Notes: a model not told the origin generated them from the sequence alone. 64,000 nucleotides of DNA from Patescibacteria group bacterium (GCA_050944875.1 JBMNRW010000001.1:12526-76525), one strand, 5' to 3'; positions 1 to 9,585 are shown, numbered from the stretch's first letter. Program-made: numbers and translations.

Positions 1-2003
1 GCCGAATCGTTGTTTTCCTTGGCCTTATGGTCGAGGACTTGGACGTCGCGCGACCCGTCGCGGTACACCGTCCCACCCTTACAGTTCAGTGTGTGCATGA
101 GCTTGTACAAGTCACCGACCTGCTCACGGGTGTACTCGTTCGGCACGTTACACGTCTTCGAAATTGCGGAGTCGACCCAGCGCTGGATCGCCGCCTGGAC
201 GCGGATGTGCTCGTCGGGGCTCAAGTCCATCGCCGTGACGAAGTAGTCCGGCTTCTCGCGACCAGGATTGGCCGCCTGCCAGGCCTCGTATACTGCGACC
301 TTCTCCTCGTGGACGCCGAGTCGGCTCTTCCGCTGGTAGGTCCAGTAGTAGAACGGCTCAATGCCGGTTGAGGTGCCAACCATTGTTCCGATGGTGCCGT
401 TCGGCGCCTGCGTGAGCAGGGTGACGTTGCGGAGCCCCTTCTCGCGTACCCACTCGCGGACTTCCTTCGGCATGCCCTTCATGTACCCGCTCTTTAAGAG
501 CTTCGACGCGTTGAAGCGCGGGAAGACGCCCTTCTCCTCGGCGATGTCTGAGCTCATCCGGTACGTCTCGGTCGCGATGAACTCGTAGAGTTTATCGATG
601 AACTGGTTCCCCTCTTCGCTCCCGTACCGAATGCCGAGCTTCACCATCATCTCGGCGATGCCCATCGTGTTGAGGCCGACACGCCGCTCGCTGAACTGCT
701 GCTCTTCGTTCTCTTTGAAGAAGTACGGCGTCGCATCGATGACGTTGTCGAGGAATCGGACCGCGGTGTGGATCGTCTCCTTGAGCGACTCCCACTCGAC
801 GCCCTCGAGCGCTTCGGCCGGCGTGTGCGCGGCATTCGCGGTGTACGACGGCCGCACGAACTTTGCGAGGTTGATCGCCCCGAGGTTGCAGACTGCCCAG
901 CCTGGCAGCGGCTGCTCGCCGCACGGGTTCGTCGAGATGAGTGGCGCGTAGTAGTGGGAGTTCGAGAAGTAGTTCGAGCGGTCAACGAAGAAGAGGCCTG
1001 GTTCAGCGCTCGCCCACGCCGAGTCAATGATCTTGTCCCAGAGCGCGCGCGCCTTCACGGTCTTGTACGTCTTGACCGGCTTTCCCGCTGCTTGCCAGCC
1101 GGCGAGGTCGCCGTTCCACATCGTGTCGTAGTCCGGGTCCGTCCGGTCGGGGAAGACGAAGTCCCAGTCCGCGTCCTCGTCGACGGCTTTCATGAAGTCG
1201 TCGGTGACGCCGACCGAGATGTTTGCGTTCGTGATCTTGCCCATCTCGGTCTTCGAGCTAATAAACTCCTCGATGTCCGGGTGCCAGACGTTCAAGATAA
1301 GCATGAGCGCGCCGCGGCGGCTGCCACCCTGCTCGATGAGGCCGGTGACGAAGCTGTAGAGCGAGCCCCAGCTCACCGAGCCTGAGCTCCGGCCGTTCAC
1401 GCCCTTCACGTAGTCGTAACGTGGGCGGAGCGTCGAGAGGTTCATGCCGACGCCGCCGCCCCGGCTCATGATCTCGGCCATGCGGTTCAAGGTTTCGATG
1501 ATACCGCCACGCGAGTCGTCGGGCGAAGGGATGACGTAGCAGTTGTAGTACGTCAGCGCCTGGTCGGAGCCGGCGCCGGTCAGGATGCGACCGGCCGGGA
1601 CGAACTTCCAGTCCTCGAGCGCGGCGCGGAACTTCTTCTCCCACTTCGTCCGGAGCGCGGCGGTCTTCTCGACAGCGGCGATACCGCGGGCGACGCGCGA
1701 CTGCATCTCGGCCGGGTCAGTCTCGATCGGCTTGTCGACGTGTTCGATCGCGCGGGTCACTTCACTGCCGTCGACGCGGAGCTTCACGGTGACCTGCTTC
1801 GCCTCAATCTTTGTGACGACCCCGATCTCGCGCTGGCCGGTCTCGAGGTCGGTGTTGACGACGACGGTGTTGTCGACGGCGAGCGTCTCCTTCTTTCCGT
1901 CCTTCACTGCGTACCGGTCGAGAAAGATCTTATACCCGATCTCCGACAGTGCGTTCACGGTCGCGGTTTTCGGGTCGTAGGTTGTCGTGGCCGTGTTCGG
2001 CAT
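1..2003 (-). CDS. nrdJ: Class II (adenosylcobalamin-dependent) ribonucleotide reductase, 3' end outside window
   Basis: Not in ORF track; translated by hand from ATG at 2003 (RBS AAGGAGG). Motifs: F-V-P-A-G-R-I-L, YNCYV, SRGGGVG, QGGSRRGA, TNPCGEQ (thiyl Cys), VCNLG, STGIEP, DSAISKT, VYRDGSR. Confidence 0.93.
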   Translation of the reverse strand, partial: MPNTATTTYDPKTATVNALSEIGYKIFLDRYAVKDGKKETLAVDNTVVVNTDLETGQREIGVVTKIEAKQVTVKLRVDGSEVTRAIEHVDKPIETDPAEMQSRVARGIAAVEKTAALRTKWEKKFRAALEDWKFVPAGRILTGAGSDQALTYYNCYVIPSPDDSRGGIIETLNRMAEIMSRGGGVGMNLSTLRPRYDYVKGVNGRSSGSVSWGSLYSFVTGLIEQGGSRRGALMLILNVWHPDIEEFISSKTEMGKITNANISVGVTDDFMKAVDEDADWDFVFPDRTDPDYDTMWNGDLAGWQAAGKPVKTYKTVKARALWDKIIDSAWASAEPGLFFVDRSNYFSNSHYYAPLISTNPCGEQPLPGWAVCNLGAINLAKFVRPSYTANAAHTPAEALEGVEWESLKETIHTAVRFLDNVIDATPYFFKENEEQQFSERRVGLNTMGIAEMMVKLGIRYGSEEGNQFIDKLYEFIATETYRMSSDIAEEKGVFPRFNASKLLKSGYMKGMPKEVREWVREKGLRNVTLLTQAPNGTIGTMVGTSTGIEPFYYWTYQRKSRLGVHEEKVAVYEAWQAANPGREKPDYFVTAMDLSPDEHIRVQAAIQRWVDSAISKTCNVPNEYTREQVGDLYKLMHTLNCKGGTVYRDGSRDVQVLDHKAKENNDS

Positions 2004-2062
2004 ACAGCCTCCTTAAGTGGGTGGTGTGTTTCCGGATGCGTAGGTAGCGGACTAGCTTCCGG

Positions 2063-2548
2063 TCATCCAGCCCCGCCTGCCCCGGTTTCGGTCGGTACCT
2101 CTTCCTCGCTCAGGATCTTCCCGAGCTCCGTCTCGAACGCCTCGAGATCCTCGAACGAGCGGTAGACGGAGGCGAAGCGGAGGTACGCGACGGGGTCGAG
2201 GGTCCGGAGGTGCGTGCAGACGTGCTGGCCGATTGTCGCGCTCGAGACTTCCTGCTTGTGTGTCGCGTGGAGCTCGCGTTCGATCGCGTCGGCAATCCGC
2301 TCGGCGTTCGCCATGACCGCCGGCCGCTTCTCTCCGGCCTGCTGGATGCCGTGCAGGAGCTTCTCGCGTGAGAACGGTTCGGTCCGGTTATCGCGCTTCC
2401 GGACAGCCAAGCTAGCGGCTTCGATCCGTTCAAACGTCGTGAAGCGGACCTGGCAGGTCAGGCATTCGCGACGGCGACGAACGGCTTGCGCGTCATCCCG
2501 CGAGTCGATGACCTTGGTTTCGCCGGTTTTACACTCAGGACAAACCAC
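2063..2548 (-). CDS. nrdR: Transcriptional repressor NrdR
   Basis: CPEC...VIDSR...RRRRECLTC Zn ribbon, RFTTFE, ATP-cone, AYLRFASVY; directly upstream of the RNR. Confidence 0.97.
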   Translation of the reverse strand: MVCPECKTGETKVIDSRDDAQAVRRRRECLTCQVRFTTFERIEAASLAVRKRDNRTEPFSREKLLHGIQQAGEKRPAVMANAERIADAIERELHATHKQEVSSATIGQHVCTHLRTLDPVAYLRFASVYRSFEDLEAFETELGKILSEEEVPTETGAGGAG

Positions 2549-2589
2549 GCGTCCCTCCTACGCTTATGTCGTGTCAGAGTGGCGGAAAA

Positions 2590-2638
2590 ACACAACATAT
2601 TGTGGTAGCTCACTCAAACTAACCACCACATGTTGTGG
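2590..2638. promoter_or_regulatory. Tandem NrdR boxes
   Basis: ACACAACATATTGTGG (2590-2605) and CCACCACATGTTGTGG (2623-2638) match acaCwAtATaTwGtg; 33 bp apart; upstream of nrdR-nrdJ. Confidence 0.88.
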
Positions 2639-2663
2639 TCACAAGTCGTCCCGCTGTGGACAA

Positions 2664-3077
2664 TCAGCGGTTCTCGGGGACGTGGAGCGTGATGTGTGCG
2701 AACGGCTCGTTGGCGGACGCGTGCGCAGTCTCGTCACCGTACTCGTCGCGTTCGTCGTATGTGCGGAGTTCGACGGCGATTTCTTGCGGTCGTCGGATAG
2801 TCGCTGCGCGGTCGATGAGTGCTTGCGTTTCCTGCTTTGTCGCATGGAGGAGGTCGGTGATCTCTGCCGGTCCGATGTCGTACGGTTCGTTGTTGCTCAC
2901 GGTGATTCGCGCGATGAACGCCTCGTCGTCCGGTGTCCGTGGCGATTTAACGATGCTCGTAAAGATGTCGTCGAGACTCTGTTCGAGCTCGCTCAGTGAT
3001 CGTACGGTAAACCCAAGGTGAAGCGGCGGTTGCTGCTCCGCTAGGTATCGTTCGGCTCCTTCGAAATTAAAGCGCAT
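2664..3077 (-). CDS. Hypothetical protein (137 aa)
   Basis: ATG with AGGAGG RBS, protein-like composition, co-oriented with the neighbour; no family recognised. Confidence 0.7.
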   Translation of the reverse strand: MRFNFEGAERYLAEQQPPLHLGFTVRSLSELEQSLDDIFTSIVKSPRTPDDEAFIARITVSNNEPYDIGPAEITDLLHATKQETQALIDRAATIRRPQEIAVELRTYDERDEYGDETAHASANEPFAHITLHVPENR

Positions 3078-3085
3078 GGATCCTC

Positions 3086-3463
3086 CTACTCTCTGAGCGG
3101 CCGGTAGAGCCGGACGCGACCGAGCTCCTCGCCACCTTTTGCGGTACGGCCGATGAGCCAGAACTCATACCAGTGGGCATCGTCTCGCTGGTACGCGACG
3201 TCGAACGCGTCGATCTGGCGTTCGAGCCACAGGATCGCTTCGTCGCTTGCGAGGAAGTCGCTCGGCGGATCATCGATGCCGGTGCCGTTCACGTCCAGGT
3301 CGGTGTGGCGGGTCGGCAGGAGTTCGCCGTACGCAAGGAGCGCAGCGCTGCCACCGAAGTGGTTGAGCGCTTGGCGGTACGCCGCCCAGACGTCGCGGTC
3401 GTGAATGGGGAGCTCAACGAGCGTTTGGGCGGTCGGCGCTTTGTCGCTGTAGACACCAGACAT
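3086..3463 (-). CDS. Hypothetical protein (125 aa), probably leaderless
   Basis: Clean ORF; TAGGCT -10-like hexamer 6 nt before the ATG. Confidence 0.7.
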   Translation of the reverse strand: MSGVYSDKAPTAQTLVELPIHDRDVWAAYRQALNHFGGSAALLAYGELLPTRHTDLDVNGTGIDDPPSDFLASDEAILWLERQIDAFDVAYQRDDAHWYEFWLIGRTAKGGEELGRVRLYRPLRE

Positions 3464-3481
3464 ACGTAGAGCCTACCACGA

Positions 3482-3507
3482 AAGAACGCGACCGTGGCCG
3501 CGTTCTT
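3482..3507 (-). terminator. Intrinsic terminator after ftsZ
   Basis: Inverted repeat AAGAACGCG...CGCGTTCTT just after the ftsZ stop. Confidence 0.6.
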
Positions 3508-3512
3508 GGGGG

Positions 3513-4739
3513 TTACTTCAGCTTTCTTCGGATGAAGGCTGGCACCTTCTCGATTTCGTCGTCGTCTTCCACCTCGGGGACTGGCGGCTCTTGGTACTGC
3601 TGCTGCGGCACCTGTTCTTCCGGTTGGTACTGCGGGTGGTACGTCGGCTGCTGCGGCTGCGGCGCGTGCTGTGGCGTTCGCTGCGGGTAGCCCCAGCCAC
3701 GGCCTGTGAGGGCACCAAGGCGCGGGGTGGCCGGCTGGCTCATCGGCTGCGTCTGCTGGGCGGCCTGCTGTTTCTCGCCGCGTGGTAGGCGTTCGTCGAA
3801 ACCGGTCGCGATCACGGTAATCTTCACCTCGCCTGCCATTGCCTCGTCGATGATCGAGCCGAAGATGATGTTCGCGTCTGGATCAGCGGCTTCGGTAATC
3901 GTCTTCGCCGCTTCGTCGATCTCGTACATGCCGAGGTCAGGGCCACCAGTAATGTTGAAGAGAATACCGCGGGCGCCTTCGATCGAGAGCTCGAGGAGCG
4001 GTGAGTCGATGGCGGCGCGGGCGGCTTCGACGGCGCGGTTGTCGCCCGTGCCGTAGCCAATGCCCATGAGCGCGCTGCCGGCGTCCTGCATGATCGTGCG
4101 GACGTCTGCGAAGTCGACGTTGATGATCCCGTGCAAGGTAATGAGGTCCGAGATGCCCTGGACACCCTGGCGTAATACGTCGTCGACGATGCCGAACGCG
4201 TCCATGAGCGAGGTTTTCTTGTCGACAATCTGGAGCAAACGGTCGTTCGGGATGACGATCAAGGTGTCGACCTTGTCCTTCAGCTCCTGGATGCCGAGTT
4301 CGGCAACCTTACGCCGGCGGGCACCTTCGAAGGTGAATGGCTTCGTGATGACGCCGACGGTGAGCGCGCCGAGTTCCTTTGCGATCTGCGCGACCAGCGG
4401 TGCGGCACCTGTGCCGGTGCCACCGCCCATGCCGCAGGTGACGAAGACCATGTCAGCCCCTTTGAGGACCTCGTAGATCTCGTCCTTGTTCTCCTCGGCG
4501 GATTTCCGGCCAACTTCAACATCGGCTCCGGCGCCTAAGCCGCCGGTCGTCTCTTTGCCGATCTGCACCTTGATCGGCGCCTTGCTATCTAAGAGGGCCT
4601 GCGAGTCCGTATTGACCGCGATGAACTCGATGCCTTTGACCTTCGCGTCAATCATGCGATTGACGGCGTTCCCTCCACCACCTCCGCACCCCGCGACCTT
4701 GATGATGGCGAACGACTCGATTTCGCTGCGCTGGCTCAT
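3513..4739 (-). CDS. ftsZ: Cell division protein FtsZ
   Basis: [20 protein letters not shown] tubulin signature, NVDFAD, Q/P-rich linker, C-terminal VPAFIRR. Confidence 0.99.
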   Translation of the reverse strand: MSQRSEIESFAIIKVAGCGGGGGNAVNRMIDAKVKGIEFIAVNTDSQALLDSKAPIKVQIGKETTGGLGAGADVEVGRKSAEENKDEIYEVLKGADMVFVTCGMGGGTGTGAAPLVAQIAKELGALTVGVITKPFTFEGARRRKVAELGIQELKDKVDTLIVIPNDRLLQIVDKKTSLMDAFGIVDDVLRQGVQGISDLITLHGIINVDFADVRTIMQDAGSALMGIGYGTGDNRAVEAARAAIDSPLLELSIEGARGILFNITGGPDLGMYEIDEAAKTITEAADPDANIIFGSIIDEAMAGEVKITVIATGFDERLPRGEKQQAAQQTQPMSQPATPRLGALTGRGWGYPQRTPQHAPQPQQPTYHPQYQPEEQVPQQQYQEPPVPEVEDDDEIEKVPAFIRRKLK

Positions 4740-4760
4740 ATCGAGTGCTCTCCTTGCACT

Positions 4761-6002
4761 TTATGGAAGTAGTTGTTTGAAGAAATCGCGGGCCTTCCCG
4801 ACAACCCCCTCCATATTGTCCAAGGAAAACGGTTTTTGGCCTGGTTCGCGATGCGGTCGACCGCTCAGCCCCCAGAGCGCTAAACCCACGCAGGTAGCGT
4901 AGGCAGGGTCATCCAGCTTGTCAACGCTTCCCATAAACTCGGTATGTGGACGACCGAGCTTCGCCGGCAAGTGCAGGTTCTGCTTCGCGAGCTCGACGAG
5001 GCCGTCCAGGCGTGAGCCGCCGCCCGTGAAGACGACGCCGGCCGGCAACGTTCCGTCCTTGCCGATCTTCCGGAACTCGTCGTTCACGATCATGAAGAGC
5101 TCGGCGAGTCGCGCCTCGATGATCTCGGCGATGTACTTCCGCTTCGGGCGTTCGAGCTCGGTGGGGTCGATGACCGTGAGGTCGATCGTGTCGATATCAC
5201 GGATGTCACCGACGAGTGCGGTGCCGTACCGTACCTTGATCGCCTCAGCCAGGTCGATCGAGGTCTTTAGTCCGATCGCGATGTCGTTCGTGATGTGCAT
5301 GCTCCCGACCGGGAGGACCGCTGCGTGGATGAGGTCGTTCTCCTCGTACACGGCGAGCTCGGTCGTGCCGGCGCCGATGTCGATGAGCGCGACGCCGCTC
5401 TCCTTCTGTCGCTTCGTCAGGATGAGCTCTGCTGTCGCGAGGGGCGAGAAGATCATCTCGTCGATCGCGAGGCCAGCTTGGCCGACGGCCCGCACGAGGT
5501 TCTTCGCTGCCGGTGATGGGCAGCTCACGACGTGTGCGTCGACCTCGAGCCGGATGCCGGTCATGCCCACCGGGTCGACGATGTTCGCTTCCGCGTCGAC
5601 CGTGAACCCCTTCGGGAGGATGTGGATGATCTCCCGGTTTGCTGGCATGGCGATTGCCCGCGCAGCTTCGAGGACGCGATCGACATCCTGCTGGGTAATC
5701 TCGCCGTCAGGGCGTGACACCGCAATGACGCCCTTCGACTGCGTCGTCTCGACCTGGCTGCCAGACAGGCCGACAATCGCGCTCTGGAGCGGGGTCTGTG
5801 CCTGGCGCTCGGCGTCCTCAAGGACAGCAGAGATCGCCGAGACGGTTTCCTCGACGTCAACGACCTGCCCGCGCCGGAGACCGCTGTTCGGCACCTTGGT
5901 CATTGCGAGAATTTCGACGCCGCCCTCGGCGAAGTGGCCGACCGTTGCCGCGATCTTTGTGGTGCCGATGTCGAGGCCAAGGACTACGTTTCGTTGCGCC
6001 AT
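4761..6002 (-). CDS. ftsA: Cell division protein FtsA
   Basis: Start taken at MAQRNVVLGLDIGTTK (RBS AGGAG); IDIGAGTT, TGGGS, amphipathic C-terminus; upstream of ftsZ. Confidence 0.97.
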   Translation of the reverse strand: MAQRNVVLGLDIGTTKIAATVGHFAEGGVEILAMTKVPNSGLRRGQVVDVEETVSAISAVLEDAERQAQTPLQSAIVGLSGSQVETTQSKGVIAVSRPDGEITQQDVDRVLEAARAIAMPANREIIHILPKGFTVDAEANIVDPVGMTGIRLEVDAHVVSCPSPAAKNLVRAVGQAGLAIDEMIFSPLATAELILTKRQKESGVALIDIGAGTTELAVYEENDLIHAAVLPVGSMHITNDIAIGLKTSIDLAEAIKVRYGTALVGDIRDIDTIDLTVIDPTELERPKRKYIAEIIEARLAELFMIVNDEFRKIGKDGTLPAGVVFTGGGSRLDGLVELAKQNLHLPAKLGRPHTEFMGSVDKLDDPAYATCVGLALWGLSGRPHREPGQKPFSLDNMEGVVGKARDFFKQLLP

Positions 6003-6190
6003 GGACTTCACTCCTCCTGCGCGGCTGACCGCATGTCGGTGGGCGTCTATCGGGGTCAGTATAGCCGTGGGCCTTCCCAGGAGGCAAGCGATTCGGTCGA
6101 CTGCGGCTCGACGTGTGGAAAACAGACTACTTGCCCAACGGGGGTGCACGGTATACTGACGACAGTACCAGGAAGCATGGGAGGTGCATT

Positions 6191-6418
6191 ATGGACGATG
6201 CACTCGATCAGACGCCGGTTGAAGGCGAAGAGGAAGACGTCCAGGGCGACGATCTCGGTGGCGCTGTCGCCGATGACCAGGACCTTGCGGACGGCAATGA
6301 CGCCGTAGCGAACGGCATGGGCGCTGGCAGCGACGATGTCGCGGGTGATGTCAATGATGACGCTATGGGCGACGACCTCGCCGCTGGCGACGAGGAAGAG
6401 GAAGACGAGCAGCTCTAA
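6191..6418 (+). CDS. Small highly acidic protein (75 aa)
   Basis: GGAGGTG RBS, TATACT upstream, own terminator; about 29 of 75 residues are D/E, no K/R. Confidence 0.75.
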   Translation: MDDALDQTPVEGEEEDVQGDDLGGAVADDQDLADGNDAVANGMGAGSDDVAGDVNDDAMGDDLAAGDEEEEDEQL

Positions 6419-6431
6419 GGAGCAGTCTCGT

Positions 6432-6468
6432 AACGAAGAGCGGGTGGTTCGCCACCCGCTCTTCGTTT
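6432..6468. terminator. Intrinsic terminator, probably bidirectional
   Basis: AACGAAGAGCGGGTGG-TTCG-CCACCCGCTCTTCGTT perfect hairpin between convergent genes. Confidence 0.85.
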
Positions 6469-6549
6469 GTGCCAGGCAAACCATAGAACCCTGAAACGGA
6501 AGAAGGTCCCGTCGGACCCTCTCCCCCTTCTGTACGGATCAGCTCCGGG

Positions 6550-7164
6550 TTACAGGCCGTTCAGGTCGATCCGTACTGTGCCGTCAATAATGTCGCCGAC
6601 ATCCTGCTCTTCGCCGCGGATGTCGTTGTTCCCTGCGTTGATGTCGCGTCGGATGCGGGTGCGCTGTCGGGACGACTGCTCCGTGTCGACGCTGGTTTCG
6701 TGGTCAATTTCAACTACGGACTCATTGCGCGAGCCGTCGAGCGATCCGCGGTTCGTCACGTCGACAGAGATAGCTGTGGCGGCTGGCGGCGTTGCGACGG
6801 TGTCGCCGTTCACGACAATGGTGCTCGTCGGTTCGCCAGCTGCGCCGGGTTGCTCAACGGAAATGCTCACCGAGATTTGCTCTGTGGAACGTTCTACCTT
6901 CGTGCCGTCGGGTTGCTGCGTTGCTTCGCTCTCGGATTCCGCAGAGCTCTTGTCCGTCACGGACGGCGCGACGCTGTCGTTCCTAGTTTCGATGCTTTCA
7001 CCGGTTTCGGTTACGACTAAAGTCCCAGAGCTTTCGAGCTCCTGGGTGAGGGTGAGATCTGCGACCGCAGCTCGTCCGCCGAGTACCGCGCTCGCGACGA
7101 GCAGTGCGCCGCCGCCGAGGTACCCGATTCGTTTGAGTGCGATGGCAGGCTTCGTCTGTTCCAT
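6550..7164 (-). CDS. Secreted protein with one C-terminal beta-repeat of the family at 44-48 kb
   Basis: AAGGAGG RBS, N-terminal hydrophobic signal, low-complexity stalk, C-terminal ...INAGNND...VGDIIDGTVRIDL aligns with VDTGDND...VGDVSTGDV. Confidence 0.8.
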   Translation of the reverse strand: MEQTKPAIALKRIGYLGGGALLVASAVLGGRAAVADLTLTQELESSGTLVVTETGESIETRNDSVAPSVTDKSSAESESEATQQPDGTKVERSTEQISVSISVEQPGAAGEPTSTIVVNGDTVATPPAATAISVDVTNRGSLDGSRNESVVEIDHETSVDTEQSSRQRTRIRRDINAGNNDIRGEEQDVGDIIDGTVRIDLNGL

Positions 7165-7279
7165 ACCTGCCTCCTTACGTTACTTCCATTGACTCGCCAA
7201 AGCGAAGCGTTGTCAAGGTGAGGTGTGGACAGATCGATTCAGATGGAATGTCGGACTGAGTAGAGAATGTCGACTTCGA

Positions 7280-7988
7280 TTAAGGTTCTATCGGACGGAT
7301 AAGCGCAGCGTACTGTCCTGCTACGTAGTGACTATTCACAAATATCGGACAGATTGTCCCCGAGTAACCGAGTGCTAGTGCATCTTGTGACGGAATAGGT
7401 ATAAACGGTTTCCAGTTGCTAAGTTGGTGTTGTTCGTAGTCGTCTTGGCTTACTCGACCCACAAAAGCAAAACGTTCAGCCGTTTGATGGTTGTGGTGAA
7501 GGTTATCAGCAGCGAGTGCTGTAATTTTCTCTACCCATTCTCCAACGCTGTCTAAAGCACTGCCGTTGCTAATTTCTATTGATAGGCAATTTGTGAGTGC
7601 TTGGTTAATGCAGGCATAGTCTGCGACAATGACTCGAGTAAGCTGTAGCCGTGCTGAGACTCGGATGAGTGTTTCATCACTTCGCAGAGCGATAAACGAG
7701 CAGTCGTTATCGGGGCAGTGGGTATTGTGAAAATCAAGGACGATATCAAAGTTTTTGCCAATCTCTTTGAGTTCATGCGCTCTTCGTTGTTCATAGGTCC
7801 CAGATGGGTTTCCCCGGGAAGATTCGATTTACGTCTTCTTCGATGTAGCGAACGTTGCTCTGTACGGCTCTTGGGTTGCCAAGAAGGGCGGTTACTCCAG
7901 GGCAGGGGTGATTGATGAGGTGTTGGACGAGCTTAATACCAAGTGGTTCGTTGCTGTGTAGGCCACCGACAACGAGAATGCGTTTCAT
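7280..7988 (-). pseudogene. Succinylglutamate desuccinylase/aspartoacylase-family (M14-like) gene with a one-base frameshift
   Basis: N-part GGLHSNE...GNPRA...RYIEEDVNRIFPG; deleting one base in CCGGGGAAAC (~7808-7817) gives PSGTYEQRRAHEL...VLDFHNT open to the stop at 7280; lower GC than the flanks. Confidence 0.8.
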
Positions 7989-8401
7989 CGCCAGCTCCCC
8001 TCGTCGTCGTGGTCGTGGCCGAGGAGGTGGCGTAGGCCATGTCGGGCGAGACCAACGAGCTCGTCCTCGAGCGTGTCGCCGAAGCGGCCGACTTGGCGTG
8101 TGGCTTGGTCGAGCGAAATGACGATGACGCCGAGCTCGCGCGGTACGCCGGGGAGTTCTGGGAAGACCGCGCCACGGTCGGTGTCGAACGTGGTTGGCAG
8201 CGACAGGACGTCCGTGGTCTTGTCGACGCCCCGATGCTCGCGGTTCAGTCGCTGCATCTCGCTGTCATCAGTGATGAGGAGCTCGATGGCGACGTGCCGG
8301 ATGCTGGGCTCATGAGTTGAGAGTTCGGCTTCCAGGGCATGACGCAACACGTCGCCCGAAACGGGCGACGGTTGCTGTTCGATCAGACGGATAGTCAGCA
8401 T
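7985..8401 (-). CDS. ybeY: rRNA maturation endoribonuclease YbeY
   Basis: LNREHRGVDKTTDVLS and HGLRHLLGHDH. Confidence 0.93.
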   Translation of the reverse strand: MLTIRLIEQQPSPVSGDVLRHALEAELSTHEPSIRHVAIELLITDDSEMQRLNREHRGVDKTTDVLSLPTTFDTDRGAVFPELPGVPRELGVIVISLDQATRQVGRFGDTLEDELVGLARHGLRHLLGHDHDDEGSWR

Positions 8402-8406
8402 GTGCG

Positions 8407-8853
8407 CTACGCGCCGAGTGCGCGTCGGACCGCTGCTGAGACGCGGGTGCCGTCGGCGCGGCCGCCGAGCGTCGGCATGAGCGCGCCCATGACCTTCCCC
8501 ATGTCAGCCAGGCCGGTCGCTCCGCTCTTCGCCACGGCGTCGCGGACGAGTTGGTCGAGCTCATCGTCGGCGAGCTGTGCGGGGAGGTAGCGTTCGAGCA
8601 CGGCGATCTCCGCCTGCTCTTTGTCGGCGAGCTCAGCCCGGCCGGCGTCGCGGTACTGCGTTTCCGCCTCGCGGCGCTGCTTTACCTCTCGCTGGAGTAC
8701 GGTAATGACGTCGTCGTCACTGAGGTCGCGGCCGATCTCGATCCGCTTGTTCGTGAGGGCGGTTCGCGCCATGCGGAGGGTCGAGAGCTCGATCGCGTCC
8801 CCGCTCTTCATGGCGGCCTTCATGTCGTCGGTCAATCGGTCGATAAGCGTCAT
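8407..8853 (-). CDS. yqeY: GatB/YqeY domain protein
   Basis: DMKAAMKSGD...LRM, KQRRE, YLPAQL, DMGKVMG, GRADG; start at MTLID. Confidence 0.93.
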   Translation of the reverse strand: MTLIDRLTDDMKAAMKSGDAIELSTLRMARTALTNKRIEIGRDLSDDDVITVLQREVKQRREAETQYRDAGRAELADKEQAEIAVLERYLPAQLADDELDQLVRDAVAKSGATGLADMGKVMGALMPTLGGRADGTRVSAAVRRALGA

Positions 8854-8884
8854 GGACGCCTCCCCTATTCCCTGCCTGCGTTCG

Positions 8885-9121
8885 TTAGTACCCGCGTCGG
8901 GCACGCTTCCGCGCTGCTTTGCGGATAGCGGCCTTGCGGCGAATGGTCCGTGAAACGTCCTTGTCTCGGAAGCGGCGCTTCTTCACCTCGGAGAGGATGC
9001 GGCTCTGCTGCACCTCGCGGAAGAAGCGGCGGAGCACTACCTCAAAACCCGCTCGGCGATTGCCGGAGCGGTCTCCTCGGTAGTCCCCACGTTGTGCGCG
9101 TGCGTCTTGGAACTCTGCCAT
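8885..9121 (-). CDS. rpsU: 30S ribosomal protein bS21
   Basis: FEVVLRRF...ILSEVKKRRF...RRKA; conserved HIT-rpsU-yqeY order; GAGGTG 9 nt before the ATG. Confidence 0.85.
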   Translation of the reverse strand: MAEFQDARAQRGDYRGDRSGNRRAGFEVVLRRFFREVQQSRILSEVKKRRFRDKDVSRTIRRKAAIRKAARKRARRGY

Positions 9122-9170
9122 CTCGATCATCACCTCGCCTTCCGAGTGGCGTCAGGAATTTGTAGTGGCA

Positions 9171-9512
9171 CTATACCATGCCGCCCAGGCGCTGTCCACC
9201 GAGCAAATGGAGGTGGAGGTGGCTAACTTCCTGCCCGCCGTCCGCCCGGGTATTAAAGATGAGCCGGTACCCGTTCTCGGCGATGCCGAGCGACTCTGCG
9301 AGTGTCTTCGCGACGAGGTGGAGGTGGCCGACGAGCTGAGTGTCGCCCTCCCCCATTTCCGCGATGCTCGCAAGGTGGGTCTTCGGCACAATGAGGACAT
9401 GGGCCGGTGCTTTGGGGTGGATGTCGTCGAACGCGACACACTGGTCGTCCTCGTGGCGGAACGCCGTGTTCAGTTCGCCGCGGCTAATCTTGCAGAAGAG
9501 ACAGTCATCCAT
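9171..9512 (-). CDS. Histidine triad (HIT) nucleotide-binding protein
   Basis: CLFCKI, DIHPKAPAHVLIVPK, GQEVSHLHLHLLGG. Confidence 0.96.
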   Translation of the reverse strand: MDDCLFCKISRGELNTAFRHEDDQCVAFDDIHPKAPAHVLIVPKTHLASIAEMGEGDTQLVGHLHLVAKTLAESLGIAENGYRLIFNTRADGGQEVSHLHLHLLGGQRLGGMV

Positions 9513-9585
9513 AGCGTGCTCCTTTTAGCTCGAGCCTACTCCCCTTTCGGGTAAAGGAAAACCGGCCATGGTGGCCGGTCCGGTC

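Noticed and set aside
2004-2062. Cobalamin riboswitch before nrdJ
   Set aside because: The gap is only 59 nt, too short for the element.
4918-6159. Long antisense or alternate-frame ORFs (e.g. 4918-6159, 10598-11740, 27656-28987, 37633-38697, 52364-53392)
   Set aside because: Shadow ORFs of real genes caused by high-GC codon bias; R/S/P-rich or featureless, with no motifs.
7808-7817. Programmed -1 frameshift at GGGAAAC
   Set aside because: Restoring the gene needs +1, and the heptamer is not in the phase required for -1 slippage.
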